Of a DNA stretch of 64,000 bases, positions 9,376 through 19,221 are shown one piece after another; within the stretch, counting starts at the first letter, position 1, and each line of letters starts with the position of its first letter. Below the pieces are notes generated by a model that was not told the origin of the DNA, ran no database searches, and worked only from the letters and a program-made list of their open reading frames with translations. The translations under genes and the position numbers were made by a program. This stretch comes from a virus, in IMG/VR virus record IMGVR_UViG_3300011335_000775, positions 49,803 through 113,802 of that record; one strand, given 5' to 3'.

Positions 9376-9614
9376 TGAGTCGAGATCTATGGACAGAAAT
9401 GGTACAGGAACTGTCACCAAGAATTGACAAAAATGCAGCAGAACTTCTATATCACCGTGCCGCAGCAGCCCGGGGGCATGGTCAAAAACTCGAAGTGCCC
9501 AACGGTATGGGCAAGTGGGTAGACTTGACAAAATTGTTTGAACAGTATACAATGATACAGATTTTAAAAGGAAAAAATGATGGCAACAGCAAAAACAGTA
9601 AACAAACTCAGTGA
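9375..9614 (+). CDS. Hypothetical protein
   Basis: Coupled ORF. Confidence 0.55.
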   Translation: MSRDLWTEMVQELSPRIDKNAAELLYHRAAAARGHGQKLEVPNGMGKWVDLTKLFEQYTMIQILKGKNDGNSKNSKQTQ

Positions 9615-9792
9615 CAAACTGGTCAAAGTGAATGAGAACTTCACCATCAACATGTACGACAATGGCTTCATGGTTGAAGTAGGTGGACGCAACAAAAAGA
9701 GCGATTATGTCAGTGCCAAAATCATATGCAGTACCGTGGATGAGGTGTTAAGTCTTGTACGTGAAGCATGTGAAATGGATCGAGATAGCTAA
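9577..9792 (+). CDS. Hypothetical protein
   Basis: SD AAGGA; coupled ORF. Confidence 0.65.
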   Translation: MMATAKTVNKLSDKLVKVNENFTINMYDNGFMVEVGGRNKKSDYVSAKIICSTVDEVLSLVREACEMDRDS

Positions 9793-11060
9793 TGCAGGTA
9801 ATGTGCAATTGCGGCAGAACACTAAACCCCGAAGGCTGGTGTGATGCCAGCCACTCACTGAGTGAAGATCAATATGTTGCGATGTTGGAACGCCAACGGC
9901 AAAAGCAGATAAGATCAAAAATTAGTATTGCTGACAAATCTAATCAGATGGTCGAGTTTGATAACCGGGCTAATTTTAGTACCACAAATTCAAATAGTGT
10001 TGGAATTTATATAAATTACAGTGTTAATCATTTAATAGAAAATCAACTTTCTACAGATTGTGTAATATATCAAGATAATTTTGATATTTTTTTAAAATCT
10101 AAGCATAGTCAATACATTGCAATTTTGACTATGTTTGGGGGGCATGATGGATGGGCAGATCAAATTGAACCGTTGATTGCTCTCTGCGATCATGTGTTTA
10201 TAATCTGTACAGAAGTTGTACCTCCTGTTGTTGATTTTATTCAACAACATGATCATCACAACGTTACTTATTATCTTTGTGGGCATTTGAATTTTGAATT
10301 AAAGCATAGTGTTGTACATCAATATATGTATTGGTTTAATATCACTACAGATTTTTATCGTAACTGGCTTCCTGAACTGTTGCATAGGCTACATCCATTT
10401 GACACAAAAGAATCAAATTTTGATATCTTGTTAGGGTCTCAAAAATCACATCGAGACTTTGTATTTGAGCAAGCAACAAAAACCCCTGGATCATACGTTC
10501 TAACATATTTTAAAAATTTATTAAATTGGGACGTGTTACAGCAACCTGAATGGGAACAGCAAGGTGTTAAGATGCATCACATTCCAGGATGGACTGTGGA
10601 GACCGTTGAATACTACGGATATATGCTTAGTTTAAGTCAAATTATTCCATTTAAAATTTATAATCAAACTGCGTACTCTGTGATTACAGAATCTGTTGCA
10701 CAAAATCAATTTTCATTTTGTACTGAAAAAATAGTCAAACCGATAATTGCACGTAGATTGTTTGTGATATTTGCTGGAAAGGGATATCTAGCCAATTTAA
10801 AAAAACTAGGATTTCAAACATTTGATAGCATTATTGACGAAAGTTATGATAACATAGATAACGACATTGAGAGATGGCAACATGCATGGAATCAAATTGA
10901 ATGGTTAAATTGCCAATCACAAGAACTTATATTAAAAAAAATACTCTCAATTGTGGAACATAATTTTTCAATTATGATGAATACAGATTGGCCTGGATTA
11001 TTTAGACAACAATTAACACAAGAATTTGTTAATGTAATAGACTTCCAAGAACAAAATTAA
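9792..11060 (+). CDS. CDGSH-type Fe-S motif fused to a glycosyltransferase-like (TEK..KP / GF.TF..DESYD) domain
   Basis: N-terminal CNCGRT..P..WCDASH; C-terminal SVITES...TEKIVKP...GFQTF..IDESYD shared with 16624-17976. Confidence 0.6.
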   Translation: MQVMCNCGRTLNPEGWCDASHSLSEDQYVAMLERQRQKQIRSKISIADKSNQMVEFDNRANFSTTNSNSVGIYINYSVNHLIENQLSTDCVIYQDNFDIFLKSKHSQYIAILTMFGGHDGWADQIEPLIALCDHVFIICTEVVPPVVDFIQQHDHHNVTYYLCGHLNFELKHSVVHQYMYWFNITTDFYRNWLPELLHRLHPFDTKESNFDILLGSQKSHRDFVFEQATKTPGSYVLTYFKNLLNWDVLQQPEWEQQGVKMHHIPGWTVETVEYYGYMLSLSQIIPFKIYNQTAYSVITESVAQNQFSFCTEKIVKPIIARRLFVIFAGKGYLANLKKLGFQTFDSIIDESYDNIDNDIERWQHAWNQIEWLNCQSQELILKKILSIVEHNFSIMMNTDWPGLFRQQLTQEFVNVIDFQEQN

Positions 11061-11062
11061 AC

Positions 11063-11091
11063 TTGACAACATCCAGGATTATTGTTATAAT
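11063..11091 (+). promoter_or_regulatory. Consensus sigma70 promoter
   Basis: TTGACA-17 nt-TATAAT, perfect. Confidence 0.9.
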
Positions 11092-11093
11092 TA

Positions 11094-11256
11094 CTTGGCA
11101 TGGGCAAGGAGGTGGAGCAGCTCAATGGTGTCAGCAGGGTGGATCAATTCCCCGGGCCTGCTAACGCCGTGGCATGTGAGCATAAGTCTTATAGGTTGCG
11201 ACCAAGACCTCGATTGAAAAATCAAAACCAGGCTGGTACCCTGGGAGTATGCCAAG
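11094..11256 (+). ncRNA. Candidate structured non-coding RNA (family not recognised)
   Basis: Closing stem CTTGGCAT/ATGCCAAG enclosing four hairpins including GATT-GAAA-AATC; begins at the predicted +1 of the promoter. Confidence 0.65.
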
Positions 11257-11276
11257 AGGAATAATCTGGAAAGGAT

Positions 11277-11609
11277 ATGAGAATGTCTGTTGAAATTGGG
11301 ATCTCTGCGTCGAGCATGTCCGAGTCACTCAATTTGCTTAAAACAACGCCCTTGCCCATGCACCGTATTTGGGTAGAGCTCGATGGCACTGAAAAGTGGT
11401 ACAAGATCATTGCCGAAGCCAATCGTGAATTTGGTATTCGTGGATGGCGCGGCCAATCAGGTGCCAAGCGCCGATTAGATCGCACACGTACTTGGCCATC
11501 CTTGATCAAAACCACCCAACGTGTGTGGTTTGATGTGCCTGACGAAAAGTTTGCAACTTGGATAGCTATAAAGTATGCGGTAACGGTGCTTGCATCACCC
11601 GGTAAATAA
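11277..11609 (+). CDS. Hypothetical protein
   Basis: SD AAGGA; C-terminal WF..PDE..ATW..IKY resembles the F..L(K/R)W family. Confidence 0.65.
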   Translation: MRMSVEIGISASSMSESLNLLKTTPLPMHRIWVELDGTEKWYKIIAEANREFGIRGWRGQSGAKRRLDRTRTWPSLIKTTQRVWFDVPDEKFATWIAIKYAVTVLASPGK

Positions 11610-11613
11610 TCTT

Positions 11614-13143
11614 ATGTTTCTCAGTCTTATTACTTTAGCTGTGGCCCTGGGGCTCAGCATCATTGCTGCATATTACAGCATTGCTGGGCTCACAGCCATT
11701 TTTGCCTCAGCTGTGGTACCCATTATAATCATGGGCTCTATACTAGAGTTAGCCAAAGTTGTAGTCACATTATGGTTACACGAATACTGGGCACGATGTC
11801 GCTGGCTAATGAAGCTGTATCTAGTGCCAGCAGTGATCATGCTGATGTTGATTACCAGTATGGGTATATTTGGATTCTTGTCAAAAGCTCACAGTGATCA
11901 AAGTTTAGTATCAGGTGATGTCACAGCAAAGATTTCCATATATGATGAAAAAATCAAGACTGAGAAGGAGAACATAGATGTTAGTCGTAAATCCCTTAAA
12001 CAAATGGATGAGGCCGTGGACCAAGTTATGGGTCGTAGTTCAGACGAAAAAGGTGCAGACAAGGCTGTGGCTGTACGCCGTGGCCAACAAAAGGAGCGTC
12101 AGCGCCTGCTTGCGGAAATCTCAGAAAGTCAAAAACGTATCACAGCACTTAATGAACAACGTGCTCCTATTGCTGCCGAAGTTCGCAAAGTTGAAGCAGA
12201 AGTAGGACCAATCAAATATATTGCTGCACTGATCTACGGCGATAATCCCGACGTTAATATCCTGGAACGTGCTGTACGTTGGGTGATCATCCTGCTGGTA
12301 TGTGTGTTTGACCCCTTGGCCATAATGATGTTGTTGGCTTCCACTGAAAGTTTAAAGTGGGCTAGAACACCACCAAAGAAAGAAGTCCAGGAAGAAATTC
12401 CTGAAGATGGATACAAAACACCTTGGTCAGAGTCAGTTACTGAATCAGAAGAAAAGGACTTTGACGTAAATGATCATCCATACTTGTTTACAGCACCGGG
12501 CGGTACTAGTCCACCGGGCATAGACCCTGCCCCAATACAGGTATACAACGAGCCCGGCGAAGAAACATTGGAGCCTTGCTATAAGTGTGGCACACCATTA
12601 ATTAATGCGCCTGGTATTGGACCGTTTTGCCCAAACAAAGAATGTGATGTTGTTGATAGTTGGGCTTTACAAGATAATGAACCAGTCAAGATAACATATA
12701 TCTCACCAACTGCACATCTTGATGACGAACGTTATGATGATGACAGTCCCGAGATGAAACAGGCCAAAGCACAATGGAAAGCTGACAACCCAGGCGACAC
12801 TCTCAAACGACATCGTTACCTGCTTGAAACAGGATCAATCGATCAGTTGCCATGGATGCAATATCTAAACAAATTGCCCGAATCGGGATTTGGTCCTGTG
12901 CTGCCCGAGTACGGTTCCAAGGGTGATACATTTATATCCACTATAGGGATCCCACATCGGCTATATAAACATAATGGTACCGAGTGGATCAACATTGACA
13001 ATACTCAACAACACAGCTATACTTACGATACAGCCTACATTGATCATTTGATCAGTCAAATTGAAAAAGGTCTATACGACCCCGACATGCTGAATGATAG
13101 CGAACGTGACCAGATTGAACAACGAATAACACAAAATAAATGA
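11614..13143 (+). CDS. Multi-pass membrane protein with coiled coil (DUF4407-like) and CxxC region
   Basis: Three N-terminal TM helices, [10 protein letters not shown], coiled coil, VFDPLA TM; TAAATA-N5-ATG start. Confidence 0.7.
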   Translation: MFLSLITLAVALGLSIIAAYYSIAGLTAIFASAVVPIIIMGSILELAKVVVTLWLHEYWARCRWLMKLYLVPAVIMLMLITSMGIFGFLSKAHSDQSLVSGDVTAKISIYDEKIKTEKENIDVSRKSLKQMDEAVDQVMGRSSDEKGADKAVAVRRGQQKERQRLLAEISESQKRITALNEQRAPIAAEVRKVEAEVGPIKYIAALIYGDNPDVNILERAVRWVIILLVCVFDPLAIMMLLASTESLKWARTPPKKEVQEEIPEDGYKTPWSESVTESEEKDFDVNDHPYLFTAPGGTSPPGIDPAPIQVYNEPGEETLEPCYKCGTPLINAPGIGPFCPNKECDVVDSWALQDNEPVKITYISPTAHLDDERYDDDSPEMKQAKAQWKADNPGDTLKRHRYLLETGSIDQLPWMQYLNKLPESGFGPVLPEYGSKGDTFISTIGIPHRLYKHNGTEWINIDNTQQHSYTYDTAYIDHLISQIEKGLYDPDMLNDSERDQIEQRITQNK

Positions 13144-14342
13144 CCAAAGAAACATATACCTCTTGCAGCTTTTGTGGCAAGAACAAAGACTCAGTTAAAA
13201 AACTCATAGTTGGTGAATACGCAGGTATTTGTAACGAATGTGTGGAATTTTGTCGAGATCTACTTACAGATGAACCAGTTGTAACTGTCCCTGACCATCC
13301 ATCAGACAAGATGGATCCTATTGCTTTAAAGAACTATTTGGATCAATACGTGATTGGGCAACATGCTGCCAAAATCATGTTGGCCGTGGCCATTGTAAAT
13401 CATTACAAACGCATCAGCAAAACCACAGCGGAGCCCGAACTAGACAAGGCCAATATCTTGATGTTAGGACCCACTGGGTCAGGTAAAACATTGTTGGCCA
13501 AATCAGTGGCACGTTATCTTGACGTTCCGTTTGCCATTGCAGATGCAACATCAATCACAGAAGCAGGCTATGTGGGTGATGATGTGGAAAGCCTTATCAG
13601 CAGACTATACGCAGCATCGGGTAATGATGTGGCCAAAACACAGCAAGGTATTGTGTTTGTGGATGAAATTGACAAGATCTCTCGCAAAGGAGAATCAACT
13701 TCGATCACACGTGACGTATCCGGTGAAGGTGTACAGCAGGCCTTGTTAAAGATGGTCGAAGGTACAGTATGTCGTGTGAGTGCCGGCGGCGGACGTAAAC
13801 ATCCAGGCGGTGAAATGATTGAAATTGATACCAAGAATATCTTGTTCATTGCCGGTGGCGCCTTTGTGGGACTAGACAGTATTGTAAAGAACCGTGTGCA
13901 AGGCACCAGCATTGGATTCAATGCCAGGGTAGAAGCCAACATGGACACAGATCTGGGCATGACCACTCCGGATGATCTAGTAAAGTTTGGAATGATTCCT
14001 GAGTTTGTGGGACGTTTTCCTAACTGGGTCAGCTTGAAAGAACTTTCAAAAGCAGACTTGATCCGTATCCTTACCGAAGTCAAGAACAACTACATTGAGC
14101 AGTATCATTGGCTGTTTAAAGAAGATGGAGTGGAGTTGACATTTACAGCGCCTGCACTGGATCTTATTGCTGAACACACACTGGCCAACAAAACTGGTGC
14201 TCGTGGGCTGCATTCAGAACTGGAACGCACATTGATTCCGCACATGTTTAATCTACGTCGCTATGCCAGCACAGGTATCAAATGTTTGGAAATCGATCCT
14301 GCACAAGTAAACAAACCAACTGCACTAACAGGTACAGACTGA
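13140..14342 (+). CDS. clpX: Clp protease ATP-binding subunit ClpX
   Basis: C4 Zn finger [18 protein letters not shown] pore loop, DEIDK, RKH, IGF loop, TGARGL. Confidence 0.97.
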   Translation: MTKETYTSCSFCGKNKDSVKKLIVGEYAGICNECVEFCRDLLTDEPVVTVPDHPSDKMDPIALKNYLDQYVIGQHAAKIMLAVAIVNHYKRISKTTAEPELDKANILMLGPTGSGKTLLAKSVARYLDVPFAIADATSITEAGYVGDDVESLISRLYAASGNDVAKTQQGIVFVDEIDKISRKGESTSITRDVSGEGVQQALLKMVEGTVCRVSAGGGRKHPGGEMIEIDTKNILFIAGGAFVGLDSIVKNRVQGTSIGFNARVEANMDTDLGMTTPDDLVKFGMIPEFVGRFPNWVSLKELSKADLIRILTEVKNNYIEQYHWLFKEDGVELTFTAPALDLIAEHTLANKTGARGLHSELERTLIPHMFNLRRYASTGIKCLEIDPAQVNKPTALTGTD

Positions 14343-14346
14343 TGCC

Positions 14347-14583
14347 ATGTATATCGCATTTGATCTTGTGAACCAGCAGCACTGGAATGATATTCAGGAT
14401 GCATTAGATGAGTGGCAAAAAAAATACGATATACCTTTCCAAATCAAAACAGTAAAAAATGTCACTCGAGTGGTGTTTGCATCCGACAAACTTTATAGTT
14501 TTTTTGCTATAACATGGAATCCGCCATATGAGTACCTTAAAACATATCGAGTAATTGAGCCAATGAAACTTGACAGCCAATAA
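14347..14583 (+). CDS. Hypothetical protein (F..D..Y.FF.I.W family)
   Basis: ORF; C-terminal motif. Confidence 0.6.
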   Translation: MYIAFDLVNQQHWNDIQDALDEWQKKYDIPFQIKTVKNVTRVVFASDKLYSFFAITWNPPYEYLKTYRVIEPMKLDSQ

Positions 14584-14600
14584 TATTTCCTGTATAAATA
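14570..14600 (+). promoter_or_regulatory. Overlapping sigma70 and T4-late-type promoter of hsp20
   Basis: TTGACA-17 nt-TATAAATA. Confidence 0.75.
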
Positions 14601-14604
14601 CACT

Positions 14605-14668
14605 TGTAGATGCCCATGGTGGGGTCTACATTATTCAGTCATAACTTGCTTACAAAAGGAGAAACAAC
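14605..14668 (+). promoter_or_regulatory. 5' UTR hairpin plus ROSE-like RNA thermometer
   Basis: TGTAGA-TG-CCCA-TGG-TGGG-G-TCTACA hairpin; CTTGCT able to pair with SD AGGAG. Confidence 0.65.
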
Positions 14669-15115
14669 ATGACAAAAACTCTACATCTACGTAGTTTCGA
14701 TATCCCCGCACTCAACAAATTTGGAATTGGTTTTGAAAATGTGTTTGACGACCTAATGCGGGTCACACAAAATCAAAGTTCAACCAATTATCCTCCACAC
14801 AACGTGATCAAGACCGGTGACGACACAGTTACCATCGAAGTCGCAGTGGCCGGATTTTCTGAAGGCGAAATTGATATCAGCTTAGACCAGCGTTTGCTTA
14901 CTGTGACAGGTAACAAAAATCGCAATGATACCATTGAGCCTGAGTATCTACATCGTGGTATTAGCAGCAGAGATTTCAAACAGACATTTCCGTTGGCTGA
15001 ACATGTAGAAGTCAACGGTGCAACTATCCGGGATGGTATATTGACTGTGCTGTTGGAGCGTAAAGTTCCTGAGTCAGCCAAGCCAAAGAGTATTGCAATC
15101 ACATACAATTTGTAA
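14669..15115 (+). CDS. ibpA: Small heat-shock protein Hsp20 (IbpA-like)
   Basis: NYPPHN, AVAGF, YLHRGI..R.F...F.LAEHVEV, C-terminal I-x-I. Confidence 0.95.
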   Translation: MTKTLHLRSFDIPALNKFGIGFENVFDDLMRVTQNQSSTNYPPHNVIKTGDDTVTIEVAVAGFSEGEIDISLDQRLLTVTGNKNRNDTIEPEYLHRGISSRDFKQTFPLAEHVEVNGATIRDGILTVLLERKVPESAKPKSIAITYNL

Positions 15116-15170
15116 TATAATTGTGTAAATACAGTGGCAGGAATCAACCTGCCACTTCAAGAGGACCCAT

Positions 15171-15479
15171 ATGTCAAACGCAGAAGCAGCAACCATTACT
15201 CGAACTAAAAAAGCCGTAAAAGAACCACCTCTTTATCGTGTGATCTACATCAATGATAATACCACCACAATGGAATTTGTAGTTGAAAGTTTAGTGGAGT
15301 TTTTTGATTACACTATCGAAACTGCTACACAATTGACTGTGAGTATACACGAGCACGGTCAAGCTGTTGTGGCTGTATTGCCGTTTGAAATTGCCGAGCA
15401 AAAAGGTTCTGAAGTACAAATCAGCGCACGTGAGCAAGAATATCCCTTGCAAGTCAGGCTAGAACCCGACTCCAAGTAA
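15171..15479 (+). CDS. clpS: Clp protease adaptor ClpS
   Basis: PPLYRVI..ND..T.MEFVV, H..G.AVV, EIAE.K, YPL. Confidence 0.92.
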   Translation: MSNAEAATITRTKKAVKEPPLYRVIYINDNTTTMEFVVESLVEFFDYTIETATQLTVSIHEHGQAVVAVLPFEIAEQKGSEVQISAREQEYPLQVRLEPDSK

Positions 15480-15480
15480 T

Positions 15481-16284
15481 TCAAGTTGTTATGTCTATAC
15501 GTTTAGGAAAATAAGCATCTTGTCGGTACGGTGAGTCACCGCGACCCCGACAGTTGTTTACAAATCTTATTCCGTTGACCATCTGATCCACCCTACCGTG
15601 ATAGTGACCAAAACACCAAGTGTTTATCTTACGTTCAGTATCATTGGTATGCACTAGATGCATGAGTCGATTGCCCATGTGATTGAACTGTGTAGTGCCC
15701 GATAAGTTGATATCGTGTTTGATCAAGTTTGCACCGGGAACAGTATGGGTGACAATCACAATCTTTTTCACATCATTGTGTGTTTGCAATCGTTGTACAC
15801 TGTTGACCAAGTAGGCCACATCACGTCTGGATAGATCGCTAAGTTCTTCAGGATTCATTTCATGTCCGGGCATTTTCTTAGCATACCAATCAATCATGTG
15901 TTGTTTGCAATCATCACGATTGACAGTTTCGTCTAGATCATACCCCCACCAGCCATTGGTGCCAAGAATGGCCACACCATCTATCACAATCACATTGTCC
16001 TGTAGATATGTAACTCTATTCAATCTGTTTATGCTTCGGGCTAGTTCTTGATAGCTTTCGCCTAGTCTATGATAGTTGTAAGTGTGTTCGTCATTGCCAT
16101 CTATGTAGAACACAGCAGCATAACAGTTAGCTAGATGTTTTAAACAGTTTCTTACTATTCTAGGGTCTGAACTTATGTCTCCAGCTACCACACACACCGG
16201 ACTAGTGGGTTGTCCAGTCCAGTCAAATTCTCCGGGCCAGGTCTCCAAATGTAGATCTGAAATTAAGTCGAATGCCATGCTCAT
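15481..16284 (-). CDS. Calcineurin-like metallophosphoesterase
   Basis: SDLH, AGD, GND(E), TH, FGHYH, N.RG. Confidence 0.85.
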   Translation of the reverse strand: MSMAFDLISDLHLETWPGEFDWTGQPTSPVCVVAGDISSDPRIVRNCLKHLANCYAAVFYIDGNDEHTYNYHRLGESYQELARSINRLNRVTYLQDNVIVIDGVAILGTNGWWGYDLDETVNRDDCKQHMIDWYAKKMPGHEMNPEELSDLSRRDVAYLVNSVQRLQTHNDVKKIVIVTHTVPGANLIKHDINLSGTTQFNHMGNRLMHLVHTNDTERKINTWCFGHYHGRVDQMVNGIRFVNNCRGRGDSPYRQDAYFPKRIDITT

Positions 16285-16308
16285 GATACATATTTAAAAG
16301 GATTACAT

Positions 16309-16668
16309 ATGAACATAATATTTAGAGACTCAATTCCACAGCAGGTTGACGACAAGTATATACTGCTGGAATTGGATACATTTCTCATTGAAGGAAATGC
16401 CCTATCAAAAGTTGCGTATGCTGTGGTGCATCAAGTGCCATTGACAGAAATGACCACTTTGCATCAGTTTAAAGAGTTGCATAGCAATCTACTGACAGAG
16501 TATCGCAGACAAAATTGGAAATATTGCGAAGATGCCATGGAACATCTACAAGGCAAATGGAATGGTGAGTTAGACACATTTTACAGTGAGTTGACTAGTC
16601 GTATTCAAGAACTAAAAACTCAGTCATTGCCCAGTGATTGGACCGGGGCGATTCTGCGATCTGCTTAG
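16309..16668 (+). CDS. Hypothetical protein
   Basis: SD AAGGA; Y..QNW..C...LP.DW.G helical C-terminus. Confidence 0.6.
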   Translation: MNIIFRDSIPQQVDDKYILLELDTFLIEGNALSKVAYAVVHQVPLTEMTTLHQFKELHSNLLTEYRRQNWKYCEDAMEHLQGKWNGELDTFYSELTSRIQELKTQSLPSDWTGAILRSA

Positions 16669-17976
16669 TCTATGTTGACGTAACGCTCTAATAGATCGGT
16701 ATGCCCAATTAGACCTTGTTGTAATAGGCCATTGTTTAATAAGTCCAGTACGACGAATGAATTTTCGCCAATACCACGCATTATCACCACGATTCTCAAG
16801 ACAAAAATCTAATGCAACCTTGAGATTTTGTGTTAATTCTTGGGACACCTGATCAATGAATTCTGTGCTAAAAAAATGTCGTTGATTGTGTTTTGCAATG
16901 CATTGTATTTTTTGCCAATCATCTTCTGTTAGATTTTGTATCTGTTTCATTGTGTAAGTTATTTTTTCTAATCTCAATATAGTATCAGGTTCTTGATCGT
17001 AACTTTCATCCCAAAAATCACTGTAAGTTTTAAAACCATAACTTTGAAGATATTTCAATGCACCTGGTCCTGCAGCCAACACAAAAGGATGAGCACAAGC
17101 AATAGGTCGTAGTATTTTTTCGGTTAAGTGTATTTTATTGCTGTCAACTACAGTTTCTAATACCACGCTTACTCTAGTAGATGATATGTGATTCACATCA
17201 TAATCGGCACTAGATGATGAAGGTGAATTATTGTCAGGAATTGTTCTCAATATTTCGCCGATATCAACGTTAAATTTTGAATTTTGTATCTGATAATCTT
17301 TAAGATGCACACCTTGAGTGTTTACATGTTGTGTGCTGATAACACAATCTTCAGTTAACTTTTGTTGTACAATCAATTCTAAAAATTTAAGACGATATTC
17401 TCGATTTGGAGTCCAATCTCTACAGTAAATTAAAAAATTTTTGTTTGATTTTTGGGGCAGCAACCTAGAATCAAATTGCGCAAATCTATACCAATCTCTG
17501 GCTATTACAGCATGACTCCAGTAATAAACTGGATAAAATCCCACACGAGAAAAACGATCAACATCCTGACTATTCATTTCACTGTGTAACAAAATAGTCC
17601 AATCATGAAGGTGAATGACATTGAACCAGGTAAGTTCAGAGTTTGATTGATGCGGAAAAATAACTGGGTAAGAGTGAGTAACTGTATATTGCTCAATTAA
17701 TTCATTTATTTCAAATTGAGTTGATTCACAACATTGATGCTTAATTAAACTAATTAGTCTATCAACATTACCATTGAATTGGTAAAAATCAAAATCCAAC
17801 GGCTCTTGGTCATGACATATGATCATTGGGGTCAATACTGTGGCTTGATCATAATTTTTAAAAGCGTCGAGATCAAAAATATCTTTGCTGCCATGCGGTC
17901 GGAATACATAAAGTATCACAGGATGCTGTGCAAGGCCTTGTATCCAGTGATACAGATTATCTAAAGGAATGTTCAT
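16624..17976 (-). CDS. Glycosyltransferase-like protein (TEK..RP / GF.T...DESYD family)
   Basis: SVVLET...LTEKILRP...PFVL...GFKTY..FWDESYD; AT-rich; start inferred at MNIPLDN. Confidence 0.6.
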   Translation of the reverse strand: MNIPLDNLYHWIQGLAQHPVILYVFRPHGSKDIFDLDAFKNYDQATVLTPMIICHDQEPLDFDFYQFNGNVDRLISLIKHQCCESTQFEINELIEQYTVTHSYPVIFPHQSNSELTWFNVIHLHDWTILLHSEMNSQDVDRFSRVGFYPVYYWSHAVIARDWYRFAQFDSRLLPQKSNKNFLIYCRDWTPNREYRLKFLELIVQQKLTEDCVISTQHVNTQGVHLKDYQIQNSKFNVDIGEILRTIPDNNSPSSSSADYDVNHISSTRVSVVLETVVDSNKIHLTEKILRPIACAHPFVLAAGPGALKYLQSYGFKTYSDFWDESYDQEPDTILRLEKITYTMKQIQNLTEDDWQKIQCIAKHNQRHFFSTEFIDQVSQELTQNLKVALDFCLENRGDNAWYWRKFIRRTGLIKQWPITTRSNWAYRSIRALRQHRLSRSQNRPGPITGQ

Positions 17977-19221
17977 ATGAAGAAAATAGGATTTATTGGC
18001 ATTGGTAAATTGGGATTGGATTGCGCTGAAGTCATGGCAGAGAAACATGAAGTTAGAGGCTATGATATTTACCCACGAACCAGTGACTCAGTAAAAGTTT
18101 GTGATATTAACGAATTGGTCAATGAAAGCGAATGGATTTTTATTGCTGTACCGACTCCACACGCAGAAGGATACGATGGCTCTGTGCCCAGCAGCCATCT
18201 GACTCCGCGAGACTTTGGGCATGATGCTGTGATTGATGCCATACACAAAGTTAATCAACATGCTCGCAGTTCAAAGAAAGTGGTGTTGATTAGCACTGTG
18301 CTACCGGGCACCACACGTAAAAACTTTGTGCCATTACTGGATAAAAAGCATCAGTTCTTGTATAACCCATATCTCATTGCCATGGGGTCAGTCAAATGGG
18401 ACATGGTCAATCCAGAAATGATCATGATTGGAACTGAAGATGGTGACTGGAATGGCGTTGCTGGTGAACTCAAAGATCTTTATGACACAGTGATGCAGAA
18501 CAATCCACGCTACGAAATTGGCACCTGGGACGAATGCGAAGCTGTTAAAATTTTTTACAATACATTTATCTCAGCCAAAGTAGGATTGGTGAATATGGTG
18601 CAAGACTTTGCAATGAAAATTGGCAATATCAACGTGGATGTGGTCACAAACGCATTGGCACGTAGTACCATGCGTATCATGGGTCCAAAATACATGACAG
18701 CCGGCATGGGAGACGCCGGTGCTTGCCACCCACGTGACAACATTGCACTACGCTGGTTGGCACAAGAATATGAAATCGGCTATGACCTGTTTGACACAGT
18801 GATGCATGCTCGAGAAATTCAAGCAGAAAATCTAGCCAAATTTCTAGTCGGCGAAAGTCAAGTCAATAACAATTTACCTATTGTGATTCATGGCAAAGCA
18901 TACAAACCAGATGTGGCATATTGTATCGGTAGCTATTCAACCTTGGTTGGGCATTATGTTGAAAAACACGGACACAAAGTAGTATATGTTGATCCGCTGG
19001 CAGATGATCCAACTGGTGTGGTAGACCACGTTGATGGTGCTGCGGTATTCTTATGGGCACACAATCGTAAAATCACATACGAATACACCGGTGATCAAGT
19101 TGATACACAACCCTATTGTAAAATACACACAGGCAGTGTTATTGTGGATCCCTGGCGTAAACTGTCACAGACCATAGATGGTATCGAAGTGGTCCATTAT
19201 GGCAACACCCGTACAAAATAA
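17977..19221 (+). CDS. ugd: UDP-glucose/GDP-mannose 6-dehydrogenase family
   Basis: GIGKLG Rossmann motif, IAVPTP, STV.PGT, K.FYN, G.C.P.D, AYKPD. Confidence 0.88.
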   Translation: MKKIGFIGIGKLGLDCAEVMAEKHEVRGYDIYPRTSDSVKVCDINELVNESEWIFIAVPTPHAEGYDGSVPSSHLTPRDFGHDAVIDAIHKVNQHARSSKKVVLISTVLPGTTRKNFVPLLDKKHQFLYNPYLIAMGSVKWDMVNPEMIMIGTEDGDWNGVAGELKDLYDTVMQNNPRYEIGTWDECEAVKIFYNTFISAKVGLVNMVQDFAMKIGNINVDVVTNALARSTMRIMGPKYMTAGMGDAGACHPRDNIALRWLAQEYEIGYDLFDTVMHAREIQAENLAKFLVGESQVNNNLPIVIHGKAYKPDVAYCIGSYSTLVGHYVEKHGHKVVYVDPLADDPTGVVDHVDGAAVFLWAHNRKITYEYTGDQVDTQPYCKIHTGSVIVDPWRKLSQTIDGIEVVHYGNTRTK

